A stretch of 36,466 nucleotides of DNA from Cyanobacteria bacterium P01_A01_bin.123 (GTDB lineage Bacteria; Cyanobacteriota; Cyanobacteriia; Phormidesmidales; Phormidesmidaceae), in the NCBI GenBank assembly GCA_039815185.1, contig JBCBZT010000064.1, forward strand, positions 1 to 36,466. The letters run 5' to 3'. Shown in pieces: positions 27,466-36,466 of the stretch (position 1 is the stretch's first letter; the number at the start of each line of letters is the position of its first letter). Below the pieces are notes generated by a model. That model was not told the origin of the DNA. It searched no databases and saw only the letters and a program-made list of their open reading frames with translations. The position numbers and the translations under genes are program-made.

Positions 27466-29508
27466 TTAACTGGAACTTTTCATATCTGCGATCGCCCCTT
27501 TAGCCATGGACGCGATCGCTTGGTCAGTGGCCTTTGGCAACCTGTAGTATTTTCCCCCAGCAGTTTTAGCCAGTTCTTTCCCAAATCCAGTTGAGACAAA
27601 CTTCCGTTCAGTATCGATAACTAATAGGTTAAAGCCAATGGCTCGAATTTTAGCCGCGATATCGAGTAGCTCTTGTTTAATATCAGGCTTCTCTTCGGCA
27701 TCTAAGGGTTCCCCCAGAGACCGAGCCAGGGGAATATTGCCCCGCCCATCTGTAATTGCCACCATGACAACGTTACCAATATCTCCAGATTGCTGGGCAT
27801 TCATCCCCACCCGCACCGCCTGGGTCAATCCGTGAGCCAAGGGCGATCCCCCACCGCAAGGCATTCGCTCTAGACGGCGGGTTGCCGCAGAGATAGAACG
27901 CGTTGGGGGTAATAACACCTCAGCTTGTTCACCCCGAAAGGGAATCAATGCCACCTGGTCTCGATTTTGATAGGCTTCAGTCAACAGGCGCAACACTGCT
28001 CCCTTAGCCGACTGCATTCGGTTCAATGCCATGGAACCAGAAGCATCCACCACAAATACCACCAGCGAACCAGCTTTACGGGCCAGTTTCTTAGCCCGAA
28101 TATCCCCCTGCTCTACAATCACTCGACGCTCGGGGTGACGTTCGCGGCGGACTTTTTGATAGGGTGAAGCGGCCCGCAGGGTGGCATCTACGGCAATCCG
28201 ACGCACTGGCCCTTGGGGCAACATCGGTTTGATATAGCGACCCCGATCTTCCGAAAAAATGATGCTTTGGCTCCCCGATTTGCCCTGGCGGCTCATAGCT
28301 TGGGCCATCATCAACACGGAAGGGTCAATGATTACCCCTTCTGGGTCAAACACAAACTCCTCTGGCACACTGGGGGGAGCGTCATTTTCGGTATCGTCTT
28401 CATCTTCAGTATCATCTGAGTCATCCTGCTGATCTTCTGAGTCTTCGGGTTCATCCGGTTGATTTTGGGGCGGCGGTGGCGGTGGGGGTTCCTGCTCTTC
28501 GGGGGGTTGATCGAACAACAGCGATCGCGGCACGATCACTAACTCCACGGCACAGCGCAGATCATCGGCATTCACCTCAACCCGGCCATCCAGTGCGGCA
28601 TGAGCCTTCGCTACCCGCACAGCAAACAATTCAGCCCGATGGCCTTGGACACCACCCCGCAGGGCTTCTGTGACCAGATATTGCATCTGGCCTCGATCGA
28701 TACGCACATCTTTGAGCCACTCCCGCGCCAGAATAATTTGGGTTTTGAGGTCATCTAGCTCCTCAGCATACTCAGCGATAAACGCGCGGGGATCGTTAGC
28801 AAAAGCATTGGCCCGAGCCACTGCCTCCACCCGATTTTCCAGTGTCATCCCAGCATCTGCAGACAAGGCGATCGCAATACGATCTAATAAATGGTCTCGC
28901 AGCGTACCCTCTTCGGGGTTGTAGGTCGCAATCAATAGCGGTTCACAAGGATGTTGAAAGCTAATGCCTTCCCGCTCAATCAGATTACGACCTTCGGTCA
29001 AATTAGCCAGCAGTAAATTGGCAATTTGGTCATCTAGTAGATTCAGTTCATCAATATAAAGGACACCCCGGTTGGCCTCTGCCAACAAACCGGGTTGAAA
29101 TACGGTCTCCCCAGCCTTGATCGACTTGGCCACATCGACTGAACCCAGCAGCCGATCTTCGGTCACCCCTAAGGGAATTTGCACAAATGGCGCGGGAATC
29201 ACTTGAGTGGGTAAGGCGGCTGTAGGATAGTGCGGATCTGGAGTAAATCGCCTTAGCGTTTCATCATCCCAGCGCTGATGATGGGTCGGGTCGGCGTTAC
29301 AGCAGGAATCTATAATCACCTCAATCGGTGGCAACAACTCATGAAGTGCACGCGCCATTACCGACTTAGCTGTTCCTCGACGGCCCGCAATCACGACCCC
29401 GCCCAAACCTGGATCCACCGCCGTCAGCAATAACGCCAGCTTGATGTTGTCTTGATCCACCACCGCCGTCAGCGGGAAATTAGGGGGATTGGGAGACGCT
29501 ACAACCAT
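27466..29508 (-). CDS. chlD: magnesium chelatase subunit D
   Basis: AAA+ N-terminus (GRRGTAKS), Pro/acidic linker, vWA domain (VVDASGSM). The start lies within 29508-29523. Confidence 0.97.
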   Translation of the reverse strand: MVVASPNPPNFPLTAVVDQDNIKLALLLTAVDPGLGGVVIAGRRGTAKSVMARALHELLPPIEVIIDSCCNADPTHHQRWDDETLRRFTPDPHYPTAALPTQVIPAPFVQIPLGVTEDRLLGSVDVAKSIKAGETVFQPGLLAEANRGVLYIDELNLLDDQIANLLLANLTEGRNLIEREGISFQHPCEPLLIATYNPEEGTLRDHLLDRIAIALSADAGMTLENRVEAVARANAFANDPRAFIAEYAEELDDLKTQIILAREWLKDVRIDRGQMQYLVTEALRGGVQGHRAELFAVRVAKAHAALDGRVEVNADDLRCAVELVIVPRSLLFDQPPEEQEPPPPPPPQNQPDEPEDSEDQQDDSDDTEDEDDTENDAPPSVPEEFVFDPEGVIIDPSVLMMAQAMSRQGKSGSQSIIFSEDRGRYIKPMLPQGPVRRIAVDATLRAASPYQKVRRERHPERRVIVEQGDIRAKKLARKAGSLVVFVVDASGSMALNRMQSAKGAVLRLLTEAYQNRDQVALIPFRGEQAEVLLPPTRSISAATRRLERMPCGGGSPLAHGLTQAVRVGMNAQQSGDIGNVVMVAITDGRGNIPLARSLGEPLDAEEKPDIKQELLDIAAKIRAIGFNLLVIDTERKFVSTGFGKELAKTAGGKYYRLPKATDQAIASMAKGAIADMKSSS

Positions 29509-29699
29509 AGACATTGAAACCACTCTAATGAACTAGCGCTGGCTTTCTAGCCTATCAGGATTCAGCAAAGCCACAAGCATCTACAGAGGAATCAGGATTG
29601 GGGCCCGTATCATCACCATAGGCACGAACGCAAAAAATCGTTACATTAAGATTAAGAATTAGGCTATGTCGCCTAAGCCGTTCAGTACGTCCGTTTATC

Positions 29700-30275
29700 G
29701 TGCTTCAAACCGTTTTTCCCCTAACCAAAGTGGCCCACTGCAAACTACTCTTCAATCGAGATCAATATGTCTCGTGCCACATCAATGTTTCTGACTTACC
29801 CGAGAGACTTGCGGCAATTGCCGTTGATGGCAAATTCTACAGCTTCTTTAAGGTGCTCCCTAAGGCCCAAAAAGCCCTGGAGGTCGTCGCTAAATTGACC
29901 CACAAGGGTGATGAAATTGCGGTGACTGTCTCAAAACGAGGCTATGTTCTATGGGTTTATGAACCCGACGGTAAGCTGGCATCCTCAAAGCGCTCGCCGC
30001 TGCATCTCAAGCTTCGAGGGTCTGCACCTTGCACTATCATTTATGAGCGCGATCGCTTTCAGCCCTGCTATCTCAAAGTGGCAGACATGTCTCAAACGCT
30101 AGCTGGCATTAAATATCAAGCCAATCTCTATAGCCTGTTTCGACGCGAAAACGAGGCACAAGGCACCCTCGAAATCGCAGCAAAACTAACCACCCGAAAC
30201 GACGAAGTCGTTCTAATTCCAGCTCAGGTCGGTTATTCCATTTTTGTATTAGAATCTGCTGCTAGTCTGGCTTGA
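29700..30275 (+). CDS. hypothetical protein with internally duplicated domain
   Basis: Two copies of roughly 'C.(I/L).V.D....LA.I......YS.F.....A...LE..AKLT...DE.......GY...V.E'. Confidence 0.75.
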   Translation: MLQTVFPLTKVAHCKLLFNRDQYVSCHINVSDLPERLAAIAVDGKFYSFFKVLPKAQKALEVVAKLTHKGDEIAVTVSKRGYVLWVYEPDGKLASSKRSPLHLKLRGSAPCTIIYERDRFQPCYLKVADMSQTLAGIKYQANLYSLFRRENEAQGTLEIAAKLTTRNDEVVLIPAQVGYSIFVLESAASLA

Positions 30276-30282
30276 TTAATCG

Positions 30283-30636
30283 CTACAGGCGGCCACCATT
30301 CTGGCCCGGCAAAATAGGCGTTTCTACGGCTTGCCGGAAGATCTCAACTGATTCATCAAAATCAATTGGCAGTACTGCCACAACGTTCTCATGGGGACGG
30401 GGAATAATCACCCAAGTTTCAAGAACACCACCTGGAGCCTTCTCAGCAGCTTCGACGCCCGCTGCCATCGCTTGTTTGACCTCAGAAACGTCACCGCGAA
30501 TATTGATGCAAAACCGTGCACTCCCTGCGCGCATGTAGTTCACCAAGGTTACTCGCCCTGCTTTAACCATCGCATCTGCAGCCGCCAACACCGGGGGGAA
30601 ACCCTTCGTTTCCAGTGAACCAACTGCCTGTGGCAT
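30283..30636 (-). CDS. ccmK4: beta-carboxysome shell hexamer CcmK4
   Basis: BMC domain with RAGSARF pore loop, WVIIPRPHENVVAVLPI and an extended C-terminus. AGGAG RBS. Confidence 0.85.
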   Translation of the reverse strand: MPQAVGSLETKGFPPVLAAADAMVKAGRVTLVNYMRAGSARFCINIRGDVSEVKQAMAAGVEAAEKAPGGVLETWVIIPRPHENVVAVLPIDFDESVEIFRQAVETPILPGQNGGRL

Positions 30637-30708
30637 GAACTATCTCCTCTAAACAAGAAATGCTTGATCTATCCAAACCTCATTCTACGAGCCGACGGCC
30701 TCACTTTC

Positions 30709-30728
30709 ATGGAAATCATGATTTCCAT
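30709..30728. promoter_or_regulatory. perfect 20-bp palindrome upstream of ccmK4 (candidate operator)
   Basis: ATGGAAATCA|TGATTTCCAT, 73-92 bp upstream of the ccmK4 ATG. Confidence 0.4.
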
Positions 30729-30842
30729 TGAACATCACACGAATTCTTCACGTTTATTCAGAATCGGCAAGACACGGTAATACCTCAGTCATTAACTCGG
30801 TGCTACCCCTCAAATGCATAGGCAGTACCATTATCTATCGCT

Positions 30843-30998
30843 TTACATGACCCGAAAGGATTCAGCTGCCTCAGTGAAATCAACTGGGAGAACCGACACA
30901 ACATTTTCAGTGGGATGAGGGATCGTCACCTCACCCAGCGCAGGGCAAGCATCGGCAGCTTCTAGCCCCGCCTCCATCGCCTGTTTGACTTCCGACAT
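30843..30998 (-). pseudogene. ccmK3: C-terminal half of a CcmK3-like BMC protein (51 codons)
   Basis: MSEVKQAMEAGLEAADACPALGEVTIPHPTENVVSVLPVDFTEAAESFRVM aligns with the second half of the neighbouring CcmK. There is an in-frame TAG at 31008-31010. It occupies the usual ccmK3 position. Confidence 0.8.
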
Positions 30999-31011
30999 GT
31001 TCAGAAACTAA

Positions 31012-31599
31012 CTATATCTTGATGGGGCTGGGTTCTGCGATCGCAGCAATTATTCGCTCACAACCGGAGTCCGGTTGCGCCCAGGCATAGTGACATTCCT
31101 TTGGTTCTCCCCAGCACAAGGTCAAATACAGCTCCGTGCGCGTTGCATCCACCTCAGCCCATTCTGTTTCTGCAATCAGGCGTTCCACATGGCTCAACCC
31201 GGTAGGCTGGGGTGGTGCACCCGCCAGCCACAAACGCATTCCGCGACACGATTCGCGCCAAAACTCGAGCACCGCTGGCTTAGCCTCCACCAATCGCTGC
31301 TTATCTTCAGGAATCGCAATCAGTTGAGAATGGATTTCGGGGAATCGAATCGAGCGCCCATCAAAACGACAAGTATGCCAAACGACACCAGAAACGCTGT
31401 GATTTCTCTGATAGTGGTGAATTTGCTCACGAAAATCTTGTAAAGCAAAAACCTTACTCAACTTTTCGGGCCCCAAAGCTTTTGCCACCACTTGATTGTT
31501 CAACCGATCCTCAGAAGACATTAACACCCGTTCGCCACGCCAGGTCGCTCGTAGTTCTTGATCGAGAATGTGAATCAGTTGTTCGGTCGTATAGCTCAT
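31012..31599 (-). CDS. conserved hypothetical protein
   Basis: 195-aa ORF with ATG start that fills the gap on the same strand as its neighbours. No motif recognised. Confidence 0.75.
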   Translation of the reverse strand: MSYTTEQLIHILDQELRATWRGERVLMSSEDRLNNQVVAKALGPEKLSKVFALQDFREQIHHYQRNHSVSGVVWHTCRFDGRSIRFPEIHSQLIAIPEDKQRLVEAKPAVLEFWRESCRGMRLWLAGAPPQPTGLSHVERLIAETEWAEVDATRTELYLTLCWGEPKECHYAWAQPDSGCERIIAAIAEPSPIKI

Positions 31600-31650
31600 G
31601 AATGCCCTAATCAGAGCAGATTGACTTTATTCTACCAAGCCCGACTCCAC

Positions 31651-32586
31651 CTACAGCTGCTTTAAACCCTCAATCAGCAATTGATAAAACCCATCTGCAT
31701 CTGCTGTCCGAATAACATGAGCATTGGCTGGCTGATCCAAGACCTTCCCCGCATCCACCACGGTTCTGCCTAAGGTAAGGGGACTAGAGATTTCAACCTC
31801 CACATAAGCATCCTGGCCTCTAAATAAATCGGGCTGCAATAAATATGCAATGACGCAGGGATCATGCAACGGTGAACCGGCCATACCAAGACGCGTAGCT
31901 TCTTCAACACCATAAAAAGCAAGCATTCCCGCCGCTGCGATCGCAACCGGTGTTCCAATATCTCGTATCTGCGCCAGACGTGCTGGGGTAGTCAACACGG
32001 TGTGGGTCACATCTAGCCCAATCATCGTTAGCTTTGCCCCAGCCTCGAACACCACTTTGGCGGCATGGGGATCAACGTAGCAATTAAACTCTGCCGATGG
32101 GGTGACGTTGCCATGAGTAACCGAACCTCCCATCATCACAACTTCTGCAATGTTGTTGACAATCGCAGGCTGTTTGATTAAGGCTACAGCCAAATTCGTC
32201 AGCGGGCCTAACATCGCTAGGGTAATCGGGGCTTTTGCATGCATGAGTTGCTCGATTAAAAAATCAACCCCGTGCTGGGGTTGCAGTGGCATATGGGGTT
32301 CGGGTAAATCCGCACCCTGTAAGCCCGTACCACCGTGGACTTCTTCTGCGGTCACCAATGGCTGTAGCAAAGGCCGGGGGCACCCCGCAAAGACTGGAAT
32401 CATCAAGACTCCAGCCAGTTGACAAATCTTGCGGGCGTTCATCTGGGTCAGTGCTAAGGGGACATTGCCTGCCACTGTAGTGATCCCCAGCAAGTCAAAT
32501 TCAGACGGGGATGCCAAAGCTAGTAAAATCGCGATCGCATCATCAACCCCTGGATCACAATCAATAATCAGCGATCGCGTTGTCAT
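31651..32586 (-). CDS. inosine/uridine-preferring nucleoside hydrolase
   Basis: DCDPGVDD, VAGN, LGPLTN, AEFN, LHDP. Confidence 0.95.
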   Translation of the reverse strand: MTTRSLIIDCDPGVDDAIAILLALASPSEFDLLGITTVAGNVPLALTQMNARKICQLAGVLMIPVFAGCPRPLLQPLVTAEEVHGGTGLQGADLPEPHMPLQPQHGVDFLIEQLMHAKAPITLAMLGPLTNLAVALIKQPAIVNNIAEVVMMGGSVTHGNVTPSAEFNCYVDPHAAKVVFEAGAKLTMIGLDVTHTVLTTPARLAQIRDIGTPVAIAAAGMLAFYGVEEATRLGMAGSPLHDPCVIAYLLQPDLFRGQDAYVEVEISSPLTLGRTVVDAGKVLDQPANAHVIRTADADGFYQLLIEGLKQL

Positions 32587-32682
32587 CGCAATGCTCCATT
32601 AAGATCGACGCTAATCTGTTGAAACTAAGCTAGCGTGGGATCGCAGATTAGCGCTCCCTCAACTCTAAACCTTTAGCATTGC

Positions 32683-33720
32683 ATGGTATTCACTCAACGA
32701 TTTGCCATTGGGCTGGTGGCCCTGCTGACCTTAACCGGATGCGCAGGAGGGCCATTGGGCGAGTCTCTCCAGCGATCACTCGAAGCCGATTCCCAACTGG
32801 AAGAGAATCCACCCTTTGGCCAATCTATTAGCACTCCCACAGCGGTAGAAGGCAGCGTTGCTGAACTGGCTGAACCGTCCAGGACTGATACTGTCCTGGA
32901 GGAGCTAGATCAAGATGAGCCTCAACCCAGCGATCGTGACTTTATTGGCCCCATTTACCCAAACGATAACGTCCCCAGTAGCCCAACAACTTCTGGCGGA
33001 TCGCAAACCTTCACGGATCTTGATCAGGCTCCTGAAGAGCTACAGCGTTACATCACAGACCTGGCTACACTGGGCTTGCTCAAATCTCGCTCATCATCCT
33101 CTGAAAACAGCAGCGCTCAAACCACACAAGATTTTCAGCCCAATCAGGCCATTTCTCGCCGCGAATTTGCCCGCTGGCTTGCCAACACAAATAATCGGTT
33201 TTACCGAGACGATCAGGCCCAAAAGATTCGTCTTGGCGTTGCCAGCGATACCTCTGCTTTTCAAGATGTTCCCACTACCGATCCAGACTTTCCTCAAATT
33301 CAAGGCCTTGCCGAAGCCGGAATCATTCCCAGTGCCTTAGCAGGAAATGCCACAGCCGTTAACTTTCGCCCCGATGCACAGCTCACTCGCGAAGATTTGC
33401 TACTTTGGAAGGTTCCCTTAGATGTGCGCCAAAATTTACCCGATGCCACTATTCAAGCTATCGAGGAAGCATGGGGATTCCAAGATGCTGAAAAGATTGA
33501 TCCCTTAGCCCTGCGGGCAGTTCTCGCCGACTATGCCAACGGTGACTTTGCAAATATCCGTCGGGTGTTTAGCTTCACCACCCTACTACAACCTCAAAAA
33601 GCGGTGACGCGGGCAGAAGCGGCAGCGGCCCTGTGGCGATTTGGCAATTCTACCGAGGGCATCACCGCCCAAGAAGTCGCTCAGTCCAATTCATCATCTA
33701 CTGAGGCGGTCGTAGACTAA
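32683..33720 (+). CDS. S-layer homology (SLH) domain lipoprotein
   Basis: LTGC lipobox. SLH-type motifs FQPNQAISRREFA, FRPDAQLTREDL and QPQKAVTRAEAA. Confidence 0.88.
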   Translation: MVFTQRFAIGLVALLTLTGCAGGPLGESLQRSLEADSQLEENPPFGQSISTPTAVEGSVAELAEPSRTDTVLEELDQDEPQPSDRDFIGPIYPNDNVPSSPTTSGGSQTFTDLDQAPEELQRYITDLATLGLLKSRSSSSENSSAQTTQDFQPNQAISRREFARWLANTNNRFYRDDQAQKIRLGVASDTSAFQDVPTTDPDFPQIQGLAEAGIIPSALAGNATAVNFRPDAQLTREDLLLWKVPLDVRQNLPDATIQAIEEAWGFQDAEKIDPLALRAVLADYANGDFANIRRVFSFTTLLQPQKAVTRAEAAAALWRFGNSTEGITAQEVAQSNSSSTEAVVD

Positions 33721-33821
33721 AACCCAATCTCCAGGATGAATTAGGGGTTTGAGGAGACAATAGAGGACATCCCCCAGCACCGAACGCGTACCTTGAAAGA
33801 GTCCCTATATCCGCTTGGCCG

Positions 33822-34874
33822 ATGACATCGCCCAATTCCGACACTCTATTTGCAACCATTAAAGCCTTAGTCCTTTGCCATTCCCCTAGCGGTGCCGAGG
33901 CCGAAATCAATCACTGGTTGATCACCTATCTCCGAGATCTGGGCGTCAACACTTGGCAAGACGAAGCCGATAACCTAATTGTCAAAATCCCAGGAAAAGA
34001 TAACCGCCGCGCGATCGCTATTACTGCTCACAAAGACGAAATCGGCATGATCGTCAAAAGCGTTGACCCAAATGGTCGCATTTCTGTGCGTAAGCTGGGC
34101 GGCTCCTTTCCCTGGGTCTACGGCGAAGGTGTGGTGGACATCTTAGGCGATCGCGAAACGATCAGTGGCATCCTCTGCTTCGGATCTCGTCACGTATCCC
34201 ATGAGTCGCCTCAGAAAACGCAACAAGAGGGCAAAGCTATCAGCTGGGAACAAGCCTGGATTGAAACCAAACTATCTCCATCGGCGCTAGAGGATGCTGG
34301 TATCCGCCCCGGCAGCCGTGCCGTGGTAGGAAAGCATCGCAAGCAGCCCTTTCGCATGGGTGACTATATTGCCAGCTATACCCTCGATAACAAGGCATCC
34401 TTAGCTATTCTCTTATCGCTAGCTAAACGTCTCAAAACGCCAGTAGTCGATACCTATTTGGTCGCATCCGCTAAAGAAGAGGTAGGTGCAATAGGTGCGC
34501 TGTACTTTAGCCAACGGCAAAAACTCAATGCTTTAATTGCCCTAGAAATTTGCCCATTATCTCAGGAATACCCCATTCAAGATGGTCCAGCCCCTGTCTT
34601 GCTTTCCCAAGATAAGTATGGGCTTTACGATGAAACACTCAACGGGCAACTCCGCCAAGCTGCTAAAGGCGCAGGTATTCCGTTGCAACTGGCAACGATT
34701 AGTGGCTTCGGCAGTGACGGCTCAATCGCGATGAAATTTGGTCACGTCCCCAAAGCAGCTTGCCTCAGCTTCCCAACCCAAAATACTCACGGATTTGAAG
34801 TGACTCACCTCAGCGCGATCGCCAACTGCATAGAGATTCTAACCGAATACTGTCTCAATTTTGTCGAGCTTTGA
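33822..34874 (+). CDS. M42 family metallopeptidase
   Basis: SPSGAE, AHKDEIG, LDNK, KEEVG, NTHG. Confidence 0.9.
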   Translation: MTSPNSDTLFATIKALVLCHSPSGAEAEINHWLITYLRDLGVNTWQDEADNLIVKIPGKDNRRAIAITAHKDEIGMIVKSVDPNGRISVRKLGGSFPWVYGEGVVDILGDRETISGILCFGSRHVSHESPQKTQQEGKAISWEQAWIETKLSPSALEDAGIRPGSRAVVGKHRKQPFRMGDYIASYTLDNKASLAILLSLAKRLKTPVVDTYLVASAKEEVGAIGALYFSQRQKLNALIALEICPLSQEYPIQDGPAPVLLSQDKYGLYDETLNGQLRQAAKGAGIPLQLATISGFGSDGSIAMKFGHVPKAACLSFPTQNTHGFEVTHLSAIANCIEILTEYCLNFVEL

Positions 34875-35003
34875 TGCACCGCAGATTACTCCCGCCTTGT
34901 AACAACCTGTGAAAGGCGAATCGCTCATTGTGAACAGTTTTCTACAATGAGAGAACAAGACTGTGCCGTCAGAGTTGCACCACCTAATAAAAAGGGGGAA
35001 ATC

Positions 35004-35486
35004 GTGTCGAAGCTTATCGCCGATGTCATGACCCAGAGTCCGATTACTGTAAAACCTGAAACCTCCTTAGAAGAAGCGATTCAGCTCTTAGCAGAGCACA
35101 AGATCAGTGGCTTGCCTGTCGTCGATGACCAACACAACATAGTCGGCATATTATCTGAGACAGATCTGATGTGGCAGGCAATGGGCACTCCGTTGCCTGC
35201 CTATATCATGGTGCTCGACAGCGTAATTTACTTAAAGAACCCCGCCCAATATCAACAAGAATTGCACAAAGCCCTAGGTCAAACAGTCAAAGACGCCATG
35301 ACCGAACATGTCGTAAGCACGAAGCCAGATGCATCAGTTCGTCAAGCCGCCCAACTAATGCACGACCACAAGATTAGGCGTCTTCCAGTCATCAATGCGG
35401 AGCACAAGCTCGTTGGCATCCTCACCCGAGGCGACATCGTCCGCGAAATGGCCCAGAGCGCACAAATGCAGACTCAAACTAGCTAA
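35004..35486 (+). CDS. CBS domain pair protein
   Basis: ISGLPVVD...GILSETD and IRRLPVI...GILTRGD. GTG start at 35004 after a purine-rich RBS. Confidence 0.92.
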   Translation: MSKLIADVMTQSPITVKPETSLEEAIQLLAEHKISGLPVVDDQHNIVGILSETDLMWQAMGTPLPAYIMVLDSVIYLKNPAQYQQELHKALGQTVKDAMTEHVVSTKPDASVRQAAQLMHDHKIRRLPVINAEHKLVGILTRGDIVREMAQSAQMQTQTS

Positions 35487-35495
35487 CCCAACAAT

Positions 35496-36161
35496 ATGAG
35501 CATCACCCCCGACAGTATTCGAGAGAAACTAGCCTCCAGCGACTTTGGCGATCGCTTAACCGCAGTCAATCAAATGCGAGAACTTGAACCTGCGATCGCT
35601 TTCGATCTGCTTTCAATCGCAAGCGCCGACGATAATGCTCGGGTACGTTATGCTGCCATCAGCCAGATTTCTACTGTCGGTTCTGTAGATAAAGCCACCT
35701 CAACCAAGCTGCTTCGCAACAGGCTTACAACCGACCCAGAACCAGATGTCCAAGCGGCAGCAGCCGACTCAATCGGAGCACTCCAACTCACCGAGATTTT
35801 TGAAGACCTAAAATCAGTTTATGAAAACACAACCGAGTGGCTAGTTAAATTCAGCATCATTGCAGCACTAGGCGAACTCGGTGACATCAGAGCTTTCGAG
35901 CTTCTACAAGATGCGCTCGGCTCTCCTAATGAATTAATCAGAACAGCAGCCATAGGCGCACTGGGTGAGTTGGGTGAAGATCGTGCAATCAAGCTATTGC
36001 TGCCCTACGTTACCCATCCTGATTGGCAAACTCGCCACCGAGTTGTCCAAGCCCTTAGCAACTTTACTGACGATACAGCCCGCCAAGCACTACAGCAACT
36101 CACTCAAGACAAGTCAGAAATGGTTGCTAAGGCAGCCGAAATCCATCTAGCTTCAACATAG
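35496..36161 (+). CDS. nblB: phycobilisome degradation protein NblB (HEAT/PBS-lyase repeats)
   Basis: MSITPDSIREKL...FGDRL, DVQAAAAD and WLVKFSIIAALGELGD HEAT repeats. Confidence 0.85.
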   Translation: MSITPDSIREKLASSDFGDRLTAVNQMRELEPAIAFDLLSIASADDNARVRYAAISQISTVGSVDKATSTKLLRNRLTTDPEPDVQAAAADSIGALQLTEIFEDLKSVYENTTEWLVKFSIIAALGELGDIRAFELLQDALGSPNELIRTAAIGALGELGEDRAIKLLLPYVTHPDWQTRHRVVQALSNFTDDTARQALQQLTQDKSEMVAKAAEIHLAST

Positions 36162-36282
36162 ACTTAGGCTTTCAGCAAGCCCTCCCGAAACTCTGCAGCC
36201 AAGAAACAGCAGAATCAACTTTAGGACAATAAGCAACGTAACCGGATTTCAATCGATACAGCACCTAATGCGGCTAGGAGCA

Positions 36283-36319
36283 GAAAATCCCTACGCTTGT
36301 TGATAGCATAGAGATTTTC
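36283..36319 (-). terminator. terminator hairpin downstream of the 5S rRNA
   Basis: On the minus strand GAAAATCTCTATGCT-loop-AGCGTAGGGATTTTC. The mismatches become G-U pairs only on that strand. Confidence 0.7.
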
Positions 36320-36328
36320 AAGTGTATA

Positions 36329-36446
36329 ACCTGGCACCGAGCTATTTTCACGAGGGGCAACCCCCTGACTATCTTCGCCGCAGATGCGTTTCACCCCCGA
36401 GTTCGGGATGGGTCGGAGTGGTTCCACACCGCCATAGGCACCAGGA
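36329..36446 (-). rRNA. rrf: 5S ribosomal RNA
   Basis: Minus strand reads TCCTGGTGCCTATGGCGGTGTGGAACCAC...CCCATCCCGAACTCGG...GTGCCAGG, with the helix I ends pairing. Confidence 0.97.
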
Positions 36447-36466
36447 AAGGTATTAGGTTTTGTAGA

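Larger units (their letters stand above)
1..36466. repeat. HIP1 octamer (GCGATCGC), dispersed
   Basis: About 55 occurrences by manual count, typical of cyanobacteria. Confidence 0.9.

Noticed and set aside
28370..28510. Low-complexity Pro/Asp/Glu tract
   Set aside because: This is the normal ChlD linker.
356..36150. Many 60-150 aa ORFs nested in or antisense to the called genes
   Set aside because: These are shadow frames with no recognisable motifs that overlap well-supported genes.
36221..36427. 68-aa minus-strand ORF
   Set aside because: It is a translation of the 5S rRNA and its terminator.

Overview
Cyanobacterial chromosomal DNA. By manual count there are about 55 HIP1 (GCGATCGC) sites, and chlD, ccmK, nblB and glgA are present. 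The gene set suggests a filamentous form, but that is inference. The window opens inside a repeat-rich TPR gene that is translationally coupled to a frameshift-split P-loop ATPase, followed by a convergent Uma2 nuclease. Next come glgA, an aldehyde dehydrogenase, an atypical lgt and an AlkP-superfamily phosphodiesterase. A tightly coupled five-gene operon follows (two glycosyltransferases, a polysaccharide pyruvyl transferase and a type I secretion ABC/HlyD pair). The rest holds conserved cyanobacterial genes: a PhnD-like lipoprotein, a secreted TPR protein, a sigma-like protein, a PatN-like protein, a CPBP protease, a GIY-YIG protein, a pentapeptide-repeat protein, a class III adenylate cyclase, chlD, ccmK4, a nucleoside hydrolase, an SLH lipoprotein, an M42 peptidase, a CBS protein and nblB. 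The window ends in a 5S rRNA. Features missing from the ORF track include a half-length ccmK3 remnant upstream of ccmK4, a 52-aa small ORF, a two-copy MITE-like hairpin element, REP-like palindromes, a palindrome encoding the same Ser-Gly-Ser-stop for two convergent genes, and a frameshift at an A_AAG motif. All calls come from reading the sequence; no searches were run.
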